A stretch of 64,000 nucleotides of DNA, taken from the NCBI RefSeq assembly GCF_030144855.1, contig NC_082722.1:12152001-12216000 (forward strand), read 5' to 3'. Below, piece after piece: positions 47,301 through 59,523 of the stretch (position 1 is the first letter of the stretch; the number at the start of each line of letters is the position of its first letter). This stretch comes from Hypanus sabinus. Taxonomy: Eukaryota. The position numbers and the translations under genes were made by a program. The notes under the pieces were generated by a model. That model made no database searches and was not told the origin of the DNA. It saw only the letters and a program-made list of their open reading frames with translations.

Positions 47301-48065
47301 CTAGTCATCGTTTACCCAGAAACGTTTCCAATGGCCCAATAACATCCTGACCCTGTATCATCTCGTCAGCCATTCATTCATTCATCAGTGCTATCATCCC
47401 ATTCCCGCCTGCACTAACTTGTTGCTTTGAGTAATCTAGAGATTGCTAGCTTGGTGGACCTTCTCCAGCCTCTTTCCTAAACTCTATATACTCACTCCAT
47501 AGCACCTCTTCCCTTTTTTGCCAATGTCATTGCTGCACCAGGACCTCTAGATATTCACCCTCCCGCTTAAAAATATCATGCGGCCGCTCCAATGCATCCT
47601 GCACCCTAGAATCCAGGAATTCACACAATATCCTCACGTCCGTTTTGGAGCCACACAAACTCCTGTCTATCCCCCTAACTATCGAGCCTTCTTTACCTTC
47701 CCTGCTGAGCCTAAGAACCAGCTGCATTCCCAATATCCTGGATGCTGTTGGTCATCTCCCCCCACCCCACCCCAGCAGTACTCAGAGAGGTAGACTTATT
47801 GCTGAAGGATATGCCCACAGGGGAACACTGCACTGGCTGCTTGATACCCTATCTCCCGTCTGAAGCCTGTACTCAGGTTGTGACCACCTCTTCAAAAGTT
47901 TCATCTATAACGTTTTCAGAATCCAGGATGTTCCTGAGTACTTCCAACTCCAGCTGCAATTCCGTGACCCTGTCAGTCAGAAGCTGAAATTGGGTACTCT
48001 TCAGCATATCTGGTCGTCAGGAAACCGGCAGGTATCCTGAATTTCCACATCTTACAGGAGAAGCA
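44330..48065 (-). mobile_element. Long degenerate CR1 LINE including ORF1 (esterase-like) remnants
   Basis: GSIVRGIDRSLCG..RVQDALER (ORF1); VYFNALGIMGKGDEHRAWI (APE start); RT remnants; 3' tail near 44330. Confidence 0.8.
45018..45211 (-). mobile_element. Short solo LTR (~194 bp) inserted in the CR1
   Basis: Flanking direct repeat TTGCC (45013-45017 and 45213-45217); TATA-like and AATAAAA on the minus strand. Confidence 0.6.
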
Positions 48066-48624
48066 TTCCATACTGATTACTCTGTACTTCAAAAACATGT
48101 TTACCTCTTCTCTCTGTGTTTTCCGTATTATCTCTGAATCCCGTTAAGACCAATTTGAAAATACATTTTTATTTGAAATCGGGAAGCGTCGAGGCAAATT
48201 AATACTTTAGTTATTAATACTTAATTAATACTCTTTAGATAGTTCATGCTCTGGTTCCTCTATGCGTTATCAAGGTAGAGGCTGCCGTGTGTGTTTTACA
48301 TATCTCAAAAACCGGAATTGTAATAGCAAATTACACCTTTATTTTGACGTTTATTATTAACTTCAAAGTACGAAGGTATAAGAAACATCTTCAAGAATGT
48401 CACAATGTATTCATTTTGGCAAGGGGTGTTGCATTTCTTTTTTATGATTTGTAATTATTTAACTGTGGTCGTTTTTGCTCTTTTACCGTCCCAACGACAG
48501 TATTGCAGCAATTGTCGCAAATGTGCAAGGTTCGCATGTTCTCACTGTACTTTCCTCAATTTGTCTAATGAATGCTGTTGTTTTCCAAATCGTTACATAG
48601 TATCAGTCCTACAATTTCTTAAGC

Positions 48625-50327
48625 TCTTCGGTATTCACTAAGGAGAAGGATATTGAATTGTGTAAGGTGTGGGAAACAAGTAAGGAAGTTATGGAACCTA
48701 TGACAATTAAAGAGGTGGAAGTATTGGCGCTTTTAAGAAATTTAAAAGTGGATAAATCTCCGGATCCTGACAGGATATTCTCCAGGACCTTGAGGGAAGT
48801 TTGTGTAGAAATAGCAGAAGCTCTGACGGAGATCTTTAAGATGTCATTAGAAACGGGGATTGTGCCGGAGGATTGGCGTATTGCTCATGTGGTTCCATTG
48901 TTTAAAAAGGGTTCTAGAAGTAAGCCTAGCAATTATAGACCTGTCAGTTTGACATCAGTGGTGGGTAAATTAATGGAAAGTATTCTTAGAGATAGTATTA
49001 ATAATTATCTGGATAGACAGGATCTGATTAGGAGTAGCCAGCATGGATTTGTGCGTGGAAGGTCATGTTTGACAAACCTTATTGAATTTTCTGAAGAAGT
49101 TACGAGGAATGTTGACGAGGGTAAGGCAGTGGATATAGTCTATATAGACTTCAGCAAGGCCTTTGACAAAGTTCCACATGGAAGGTTAGTTAAGAAGGTT
49201 CAGTCATTAGGTATTAATGCTGGAGTAATAAAATGGATTCAACAGTGGCTAGATGGGAGATGCCAGAGAGTAGTGGTGGATAATTGTTTATCGGGATGGA
49301 GGCCGGTGACTAGCGGGGTGCCTCAGGGATCTGTTTTGGGCCCAATGTTGTTTGTAATATACATAAATGATCTGGATGATGGGGTGGTAAATTGGATTAG
49401 TAAGTGTGCCGATGATACTAAGGTAGGAGGTGTTGTGGATAATGAGGTGGGTTTTCAAAGCTTGCAGGGAGATTTATGCCGGTTAGAAGAATGGGCTGAA
49501 CGTTGGCAGATGGAGTTTAATGCTGAGAAGTGTGAGGTTCTACATTTTGGCAGGAATAATCCAAATAGAACATACAGGGTAAATGGTAGGGCACTGAGGA
49601 ATGCAGTGGAACAGACAGATCTAGGAATAACAGTGCATAGTTCCCTGAAGGTGGAGTCTCATGTAGATAGGGTGGTGAAGAAGGGTTTTGGAACGCTGGC
49701 CTTTATAAATCAAAGCATTGAGTACAGAAGTTGGGATGTAATATTAAAATTGTACAAGGCATTGATAAGGCCAAATTTGGAATATTGTGTACAGTTCTGG
49801 TCACCGAATTATAGGAAAGATATCAATAAATTAGAGAGAGTGCAGAGACGATTTACCAGGATGTTACCTGGGTTTCAGCACTTAAGTTACAGAGAAAGGT
49901 TGAACAAGTTAGGTCTCTATTCATTGGAGCGTAAAAGGTTGAGGGGGGATTTGATCGAGGTATTTAAAACTTTGAGAGGGATAGATAGAGTTGACGTGAA
50001 TAGGCTGTTTCCATTGAGAGTAGGGGAGATTCAAACGAGAGGACATGATTTGAGAGTTAGGGGGCAGAAGTTTAAGGGAAACACGAGGGCGTATTTCTTT
50101 ACTCAGAGAGTGATAGCTGTGTGGAATGAGCTTCCTGTAGAAGTAGTTGAGGCCAGTTCAGTTGTGTCATTTAAGGTAAAATTGGATAGGTATATGGACA
50201 GGAAAGGAGTGGTGGGTTATGGGCTGAGTGCGGGTAGGTGGGACTAGGTGAGATTAAGAGTTCGGCATGGACTAGGAGGGCCGAGATGGCCTGTTTCTGT
50301 GCTGTGATTGTTATATGGTTATATGGT
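48625..50327 (+). mobile_element. Young CR1 LINE, 5'-truncated, with uninterrupted RT-to-C-terminus ORF (48658-50247, 529 aa)
   Basis: [48 protein letters not shown]; tail GTTATATGGTTATATGG. Confidence 0.95.
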
Positions 50328-51157
50328 CACGTTTTGCCAAATCATAACTTCTCACATTTTCTACCTTCCCTAACCTAAGGTCCAAACATACCATAACTGC
50401 ACTAAATGTCAGTCAGATAACGTTCCATTTTCCTCCTCTATCCTTTGCCTCCTTACTGAAACTCAAAGAAGCTGTGAAGATTTTCTAGACAAATACTGGA
50501 AAGGTACCAATGACCAAGATTTCTGCACTTGCTGTACTTGCACACCTAGATCACAATTACAAACAGAGTGTTACAAATAAATTCATTTCTGCGTACTCAA
50601 AAGCACTATTTTCACATTCCAATATCTCTTGCTCCGTCTACTAATTCTCCATTCAGCTGATCATATATGAATATTTCTGCATTTATTATATAATTTTTCT
50701 TCGTGGTTTTCTCATCTCTATCTTCAATTATGAAACTTCGTTTACAAAGTGATAGAATCTTCAGATGCGGACATTAATTGCCACACTTGGCAGCAAATTA
50801 AGGCAGCACTATCAATCCATCTATGAAATCCTACGCATAAATTCTTTCCATTCCAAGCAATTTCTCTTTACCCTTGTACTTCTTTTACACATCCAATCAT
50901 TCTTTGCCATTGTCAACACATCCCGCGAAGTTGAAGACATTAAATGGCACACACACAATGGATTAGAAATTTCCTTCAACTATTTTTTCAAGGTACTTTT
51001 TGAGAGACACTGATCACACTCTATGGAGTTAGTGCACATTGGCTGCGATCAGCAAGCAGTTGGCGTAAAACTTAGGGGAAAATAACATTAAGTAATTAAA
51101 CCAGCAAAACGTGTTGAATATTAATCTCTAATAACGACACAAACCATGATTATCTGA

Positions 51158-52290
51158 AACATAGAAACATAGAAAACATACAGTACAATACGACCCTTCA
51201 GCCCACAAAGCTGTGCCGAACATGTCCCTACCTTAGAACTAGCTAAGCGTTATCCATAGCCCTCTGTTATTCTAGGCTCCATGTACCCATCCAGAAGTCT
51301 TAAAAGAACCTATCGTTTCTGCCTCCACCACTGCCGCCAGCAACCCATTCCACGCACTCACCACTCTCTGCCTAAAAAAACTTATCCCTGACGCCTCCTC
51401 TGTACCTACTTCTAAGCACCTTAAATCTATGCCCTCTTGTGCTACCCATTTCAACCCTGGGGAAAAGTCTCTGACTATCCACACGATCAATGACTCTTAT
51501 TACCTTGTACACCTCTATCATGTCACCTCTCATCCTCCGTCACTCCAAGGCGAAAAGGCCAAGTTCACTCAACCTAAGCTCATAAGGCGTGCTCTCCAAT
51601 CCAGGCAACATCCTTGTAAATCTCCTCTGCACTCTTTCTATGGTTTCCACGTCCTTTCTATAGTGGGGCGACCAGAACTGAGTACAGTACTCCAGGTGGA
51701 GTCTGACCAGGGTCCTATATAGCTGCAACATTACCTCTTGGCTCTTAAACTCAATCCCACGATTGATGAAGGCCGATATATGCCTTCTTAACCACAGAGT
51801 CAACCTGCGCAGCTGCTTTGATGTCCTATGGACTCGGACCCCAAGATCCCTCTGATCCTCCACACTCCCAAGAGTCTTATCATTAATATTATATTCTACC
51901 ATTACATTTGACCTACCAAAATGAACGACCTCACACTTATCTGGGTTGACTTCCATCTGCCACTTCTCAGTCCAGTTTTGCATCCTATCAATGTCCCGTT
52001 GTAACCTCTAACAGCCCTCCGCACTATCCACAACATCTCCAACTTTTATGTCATCAGCAAACTTACGAATCCTTCCTCATCCAGGTCATTCATAAAAATC
52101 ACGAAGAGTGACGGTCGCAGAACAGATCCCTGAACCGACTTCCATGCAGAATATGACCTATCTACAACAAGACTTTGCCTTTTGTGGGCAAGTCGGTTCT
52201 GGATCCACAAAGCAATGTTCCCTTGGATCCCATGCCTCCTTATTTTCTCAATAAGCCTTGCATGGGGTACCTTGTCAAATGCCTTTCAAA
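51158..52290 (-). mobile_element. CR1 LINE 3' fragment
   Basis: ORF 51540-51983(-) [22 protein letters not shown]; (ACATAGAA)n tail at ~51158-51180. Confidence 0.88.
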
Positions 52291-52584
52291 TATGAAATCT
52301 CAGTCCTTACATATTCATCGACTACAACTGAAATGCCAACCAGTAGGGAAAAAAAAGCAGTTAATTAAAAGACTCTGAAAATGTGCCGTGTGATGCAAAG
52401 CAGAAGTTCATCAAGCTGAGTTAGCAAAACCTAACCATCGCCTGAAAGGTAGATTCTAATCGGTATTTTTTCCATTGCAGTTTCCGGCTCTATGAATTAT
52501 TACATTTTAAAGCGGATGAATACTTCCTGTACTTTCCATTTCCCGTATTACGTTGTGTAAAAACGGTAATCATTTGATATACTG

Positions 52585-52586
52585 GC

Positions 52587-52617
<31 letters not shown>

Positions 52618-52629
52618 AGAGAGAGAGAG
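52585..52629. repeat. Compound microsatellite (GC)8(GT)8(GA)n
   Basis: Read directly; the alternating purine-pyrimidine part is Z-DNA prone. Confidence 0.9.
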
Positions 52630-54532
52630 TACTGCAGAATGTTTACTACTCTGTACATGTCAAATTTTTCTTTATGAAATGATCGGATTTTCCTTTTTCC
52701 AACTATCTGTTAACTGAAATATTACCTAATCAACCCCACTCCCTGTGATTTATATTATTTTATTGAATGAAACTTCACTATCATCTAAGAGATAGCATCC
52801 AGTAAAGGATTGGAGCAGATTTCTCATTTCGGAAAAAAAAACATAAGGTTCTGAACTAGTCTATGCAAATTACTTGAGATGGTCAATAAAACAAAAACAC
52901 AGCGGAAACATGAAGACCGAGAACACTCTGGTGTTACTTCCGATTTTTGTGAACATTTATTTCTGCTAATTTATTTCTGCCTTTGCGCTTCTATGTTTTA
53001 TCTCATTTGCCTATTGCCAGTTTGATGTTTTGAGACAGAGATGGTCAGACGCAGTGATCATGCAAACCATATATCTGTTAATGGGCTGGAGAGAGAAACA
53101 AGTTGAGATAAATGCAAATTATGAGCACCGCTGTTATTGCTAAATTTTAAGAAAATAGTTGACGAGTCTGTCTGTTTACACTGTTTACAATGATCTGGAC
53201 CATGTAAACCAATTATCTGGACAGCCTATCAACCCGGAATTTCACTTTTATTTCTGGAAATATATTTATGTCAATGTCGCTTTTGTCTATGAGCTATATT
53301 TATGATTTCGACATCAAAATGCAGAAATTCGTATCAGACATTAAAAAACTGTGACGTGAGTGCTGCCTAATATCAATCGGATTTTAGGCACAGCTAATTC
53401 TCATGCTATTAATACATTCGGTAGCATGACGACATTATCAGACTCCGCCGGCACTCTGGGTTCAATCAAAGGTGTATTTCTTCATGTTTTACGATCGTAA
53501 GTCTCTGCTGGATACGAAGACCGTCACGTACTGTAGAAACATCTCATCAGCGATTTGCACGGCAGCAAGGTCGCTAGTTATTGCGTAACCTCGTCGTGTT
53601 ATTGTCTGGATTTACTGCTTACCGTTGTGCTGAAGTGGTGTGCGGTACAAACAAAGGTGCGAGTAATTGTCTTTGACATTTGCCATGAGTGCAAAACACT
53701 GGTGGACATTGGTAACAAAGAGTATTGCAGGTCCGATTCACTGATTCATTAGTGGGACCAAGGGCAAGGGAACTGCGTTGCTTCAGTTGTTGCGCAGAAA
53801 AAGCCCTCATCCCTCCGAGTCACCTGTTGCGGTCGCCGGCGAAGGAGTCGTAGCAGCTGGTCGTGCACCGCTGGATTTCATACTTGGTTGGGGGCTTGCC
53901 GCTTCCGTTGGTGATGCCCTTTGGTGCTCGCTCGGTGCTGCCGTCTAGCGTTCTCTAGGTTGAAGAACAAAGCTGGATCAGGACAACTGAGGGAGGAGCT
54001 ATATACATTTTTTCTCTTTGTGACTGACTTTCTTTCCGAAATCGTACTCGTATGTGCTACTTGAGCCATGTGCAAATTGCTCTGTACAGTGTAATGTATG
54101 CTGTTGGTAATGCTTTGCAACTTATCCCCGGGGGTATGTATTTCGTTTGGCTTTATTCATGAAAATTTGAATAATTAAACTTAGAATTTGAAACTTGAAA
54201 GCATAAACTTGAATCCTGTTTGGCCCATGTTCTTGAAACTTTGGTATTGTTCAAACTATGGATGAATTCCCTGTCTGGAAAATTACTGAGATACTTCAAA
54301 CTGTATGTTGAAAGGAAAAGGTGAATGCACGTTTGACAAGCCAACCTGAACTGGAGTCACTGAATTTGGGCCACCAGCTGCTGTAAAGCTGCACTGGAAT
54401 AAAGAGATTAATTAAATGGAATAATTTTAAGAAGCAGTTGCTGGAAATCTGAAGCAAAGTGACAACATGATGGAAACACTAAACATGTCGGTGAGTAACT
54501 GTGAAATGAGAAACTGAAGATCTGTTACAGAC

Positions 54533-54720
54533 AACACGAGTGAATCTGCAGATGCTGGAAATAAATTTAAAAAAACACAAAATGCTGGCAGAACTCAACA
54601 GGCCAGACAGCATCTATGGGAGAAGGTAGTGACGACGTTTCGGCCCGAAACGTCATCACTACCTCCTCCCATAGATGCTGTCTGGCCTACTGTGTTCTGT
54701 CAGTATTTTGTGTTTTTTTA
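54533..54720. mobile_element. Penelope-associated palindromic (fold-back) element
   Basis: ~72-bp inverted arms around a GCC loop at 54643-54645; related to 61485-61610. Confidence 0.65.
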
Positions 54721-55759
54721 TCTGTTACAGAAATCGCCAGAACTGAGAAAGCTTGGAACTATGTTTTATGTTACAGAGGAAGGAAGGTGGGGGAGGTTAC
54801 GCAGGGCAAAATTGAACATCTCTACCATATGGAGCACAGTGTTCCCATGTTGTAGGCAAAGACTATGAAGAAAAGGGTAGTCTGAATTTGTATCAGAACT
54901 AAGCATTTCATTCTAACAAACCCACCAGTGATATTGGCCCAGCTTTATCTTGCCAATTATCACAACCTAACATCTGGGTATATCCTACATCCACGCATTT
55001 CGCAAATTTGATTTCTTTCCCTGTGCTAATCATATTTGATTTGTCCTCATTTTAAAATTCCGTTCACTTTCCCTGTTACTTCAATTGCCTGCAGTCGTCA
55101 ACGTACTGACCTCTGTGACTTCAAGTTCCACTTCATGTTTAATTGTCATTCAACCATCCATGAATACCCATGAACACAGCCAAATGAAACATCATTCCTC
55201 CAGAACCAAGATACAAAACACAGTACCAACAGTCATACATAGCACAAGGCATATAGCACATATAAGACAGCAAGCACATATAAGGTAGCAAACACATATT
55301 TGGTTGCAGTAAAATACAGTCACACAGCAATATATAGCCCCAGTCCTTCTGTCCATGAATTAGTCCGTGACCCAGTAGGGTTGGTCGGTACCATCTGAGG
55401 TGATAGCATTGCACCAGTGGTATCTTTATGTGTGACATCATGCATTTTATAACACCACCCTAAAATAAACATTTCTGAAAAGTGGCCAATATGAAGTACA
55501 ACATATATATTCAACCTAGTGGTATTTTGTCATCAGTGATCCCTCAACATTGACATTTGTCACAATGATAGCTGAGTACAAGCACTTTTCATCAAATGTT
55601 ATAAAATTCTACATTGAAAACTATGTCATTGGTGGCACTCGCAGTACAGTGCCCAATTTCAGTACAGTGAATCATTTCATTTTTAGAAAATATTTGTCTG
55701 TTGTTTATTTTGGAAAAGTCAATAAAAACCCTAGGACATATATAATCATAGGGATTTGT

Positions 55760-57060
55760 AGATAATTCATTCAGGAATTCAAATAAGACACCCCGAGGCC
55801 AATCCTGTTCAGTGTTTGGATGAGCTCAGTGTTACCCGGCAGTTTTTTTTAATTGCATAAGGATGTAGATGGTGCTTTTGTGCTTTATGTTGACCATATG
55901 TCACAGCATATATTATGTCCTGAATAAGTGGCTGAACCAGAGCAATAACACTCTGTGTTTGAGTCTTGTTGTCAGGATTTCCAGTGAGCAGACCAACAAG
56001 AAGCTCTAGTTGATCCAGTATGGGGGTATGAACACTATCTTTCACATCAGATGGATGGAATGACCAAGGAGTCAGTCATCTCCTGTCTAATGATTGATCT
56101 GATATGTGATGAAGTCTGATTTATGATCTTGTCGAAATTGGTTGCTTTGGCCCTCCAAACTTTCAGTTCTCTCTGTGGAGTTTGATTTTCAAAGACAATG
56201 TCCCTTAATGATACATTTTCAGGAACCATTAACAATTGTCCTTTGTCATCCGGAAATATATCTATTGAATTGTCCAACTCAGATTCCAGTCTCCTACAAA
56301 TGTGCTTCCTTGTAGAATCTTGCAGGAGTGTGACCAGATGCCATGAAAGATTCAAGTTTCATGACCAAAGAAATGACTTGTACAATCATCTTGTTGGATA
56401 TGATCTCAGTTCTGATATACAGAGAAAGCTACCACCACTGCAATGTTATCACATATTTTCTAGCACTAGGGGTGTATACGTTGCCAAAAATCACTTTAAG
56501 AATTATTCCCCCAGATGGTACCGATGGCCCAAATTTGGGGTCCTGGCTCACGGACTAAATGTCCAACACGATACAACTTAAGTTCTGCAGAGCGAACCCT
56601 GGTGGAGGGGTTAGCACCGATTCCAGCAATGACGCTACGATACACTACCCCTGGCCGTGCAGTGGAGTGCCAGATTCCAACGCCTCTCCCTGAATGGCTG
56701 TAAATTCGTGACACCACAGCTTGAGGCCTAGTCTTTGCAACATCCAAGGTCATTCAGCTCCCCTGCAATCTGCCCACACTGTTCGACAATCAAACAATCA
56801 ACTGGAGGTGACATTCACTAATATAATAGACATGTAGTACCTTAAGTGCTTAAAGTCCATCTGTGTTTGTGGTCGTACAAAATACATTTCAAAAAGTCAC
56901 TGACCCCGGAGATGCTTCTGTATCCTAGTGTGCCGCCATTTTACCAGATTTATTCCCGAGCTGACATTGGAATCACTGTTTTCAAAAATTATTCCATTTA
57001 TTTTAAGCTCCATCTCCTTGCAATCTGACATGCTAGTCTCCCTTTTGAAAATCTGAGACA
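55760..57060 (-). mobile_element. Degenerate large DNA-transposon-like coding remnant (possibly Academ-like)
   Basis: Collinear broken minus-strand ORFs 56047-56355 and 55809-56045 (HICRRLESELDNSIDIFPDDKG..; QDIIYAVTYGQHK..HLHPYAIK); family assignment from recollection only. Confidence 0.4.
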
Positions 57061-57099
57061 GGTCTTTGACCTGAAACTTTAAAACTATGTCTATATATA

Positions 57100-58625
57100 C
57101 AGTGACATGCAAAAGTTTGGGCACCCCTGGTCAAAATTTTTGTTACTAAGAATAGTTAAGTGAGTAGAAGATGAGCTGATCTCCAAAAGTCATAAAGTTA
57201 AAGATAAAAGATTCTTTTCAACATTTTAAGCAAGGTTAGTGTATTATTTTTGTTTTATTCAATTTTAGAGTGAAAAAAAAGGAAAGGAGCACCATGCAAA
57301 GGTTTTGGCACCCCAAGAGATTTGAGGTCTCAGATAACTTTTACCAAGGTGTCAGACCTTAATTAGATTTTTAGGGCTATGGCTTGTTCACAGTCATCGT
57401 TAGGAAAGGACAGGTGATGCAAATTGCAAAGCTTTATAAATGCCCCGACTCCTCAAACCTTGCCCACCAATCAGCAGTCATGGGCTCCTCTAAGCAGCTG
57501 CATAGCACTCTGAAAATTAAAATAAATGATGCCCACAATGAAGGGGAAGGCTATAAGAAGATAGCAAAGCATTTTCAGATAGCCGTTTCCTAACTTCATA
57601 ATGTAGTTAAGAAATGGCAGTTAACAGGAACTTTCTGACAGAACTGCCCGTAGGATTGCTAGAAGGGCAGTCAAAGCCCCCGTTTGACTGCAAAAGACCT
57701 TCAGGAAGATTTAGCAGACTCTGGAGTGATGGTGCACTGTTCTACTGTGCAGTGACACCTGCACAAATATGACCTTCATGGAAGAGTCATCAGAAGAAAA
57801 CTTTTCCTGTGTCCTCACCACAAACTTTAGCGTCATAAGTTTGCAAAGGAACATCTAAACAAGCCTGATGCATTTGGAAACAAGTCCTATGGAGTGATGA
57901 AGTTAACATAGAACTTCTTGGCCGTACTAAGCAAAGGTATGTTTGGAGAAAAATAGGTGCAGAATTTCATGAAAAGAACACCTCTCCAACTCTTAAGCAC
58001 GGGGGTGGATCGATCATGCTTTGGGCTTGTGTTGCAGTCAGTGACACAGGGAACATTTCACTGGTAGAGGGAAGAATGAATTCAATTAAATACCAGCAAA
58101 TTCTGGAAGTGAACATCACACTGTCTCTAAAAAAGCTGAAGATGAAAAGAGGATGGCTTCTGCAACCGGATAATTATCCTAAACACATGTCAAAATCCAC
58201 AATGGACTACCACAAGAGTCGCAAACTGAAGGTTTTGTCATGGCCCTGACAGTCCTCCGATCTAAACCTCATTGAAAATCTGTGGTTAGACCTCAAAAGA
58301 GCAGTGCATGCAAGAAGGCTCAAGAATCTCACAGAACTAGAAGCCTTTTGCAAGGAAGAATGAGCGAAAATCCCCCAAACAAGAACTGAGAGACTCTTAG
58401 CTGGCTACAGAAAGTGCTTACAAGCTGTGATACTTGCCAGACGGGGTGTTACTAATTACTGACCATGTAGGGTGCCCAAAATTTTGCTTTGGGCCCTTTT
58501 CCTTTTTTTGTTATTTTGAAACTGTAAAAGATGGAAATAAAACAAGTAATCTTGCATAAAATATTAAAGAAATGTGTCATCTTTAACTTTATGCCTTTTG
58601 TAAATCAGGTCATCTTTTACTCACT
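57100..58625 (+). mobile_element. Tc1-family DNA transposon, degenerate, right TIR truncated
   Basis: TA followed by CAGTG at 57098-57104; MGSSKQL..GEGYKKIAKHFQI; GGGSIMLWAC..MNSIKYQQILE..QPDNYPKH; DLNLIENLW. Confidence 0.9.
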
Positions 58626-58646
58626 GTGTGAGTGAGTGAGTGAGTG

Positions 58647-58682
<36 letters not shown>

Positions 58683-58683
58683 C
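58622..58683. repeat. Compound microsatellite (GTGA)n(GT)n(AT)n
   Basis: Read directly. Confidence 0.9.
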
Positions 58684-58689
58684 ATCCTC

Positions 58690-58850
58690 ACTGTGTATGG
58701 ATTTGACACTCTGAACTCCAAATGGGAACAGCGGAGAAGGTAGTGGTGATTAACAGAGCTAAGATCCCGTGGAACTTCCAAATACAGACTGATAAGCATT
58801 GATAAGCAGGTACGGCCCGACCAAGCAGACATAGTAATAATGCCAACCAC
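58690..58850 (+). mobile_element. R4/Dong-like (RLE-type) non-LTR retroelement fragment
   Basis: Frameshifted YGFDTLNSKWE..EKVV..NRAKIPWNFQIQTDK..DIVI resembles the region preceding the RLE nuclease; abuts a microsatellite. Confidence 0.55.
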
Positions 58851-58899
58851 CAATTTTGACGACTGCAGACGTTCACATTTCCCCTCCATTCATATGCAT

Positions 58900-59491
58900 A
58901 TGTAGAATAAATACTTTTAAAATGTTGTCATCTTATCTGTTTCTATCACCTCCTTCTGGGAGAACGTATCAAGAACCAAAACCGTTTCTTTAAAAATACT
59001 CTTAATCCGCACATCTCTAAACTTCTCGCCTGTCACATAAAACCTATGCCTTTTAGTACTTAATATTTCCATGCTGTGAGCATATAATTGTATATACTTC
59101 TATTAGGATGATACTCAGCCTCCAAAGTTTCAGTGAAAACATTTTAAGCCTGTCCAGCTTCCCCTTTTAAATCATACTCTCTGATACAGGCAATATCTAG
59201 TAATCTTTCTCTTTACCCTCTCCAAAACCGTCACATTCTTCATGCAATGCAGCAAGCAGAACTGCACATAATAATCCAAAAGTTCGTAATAATTTTAATA
59301 TATATATTTATTTCTTTCCCCTAATAACCAATTGTTTCATCTTAAAAGCATCTATATATTTAATCCTGTCTTTTGTAAATAAGGGCTCCAAATTTTCAAA
59401 AATGTTTCATATTTATCTCTTAAATTATAAGTAATTTTTTCTAATGGAATACAACCATAGAGCATGTGGAGATCTTCCAACCACCAGGCAT

Positions 59492-59523
<32 letters not shown>

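Noticed and set aside
48658-50247. Longest plus-strand ORF (529 aa) as a host gene
   Set aside because: It is CR1 ORF2 (RT and C-terminus) followed by the CR1 3' tail
52481-52565. Exon-like segment (TTCCATTGCAG...ACG|GTAATC) as a relic TM exon
   Set aside because: The phase-1 frame hits TAA, there is no convincing hydrophobic stretch, and it has no similarity to the A/B TM exons
52910-52969. Leader-like mini-ORF MKTENTLVLLPIFVNIYFC*
   Set aside because: Ends in a stop with no donor, and no Ig exon follows nearby
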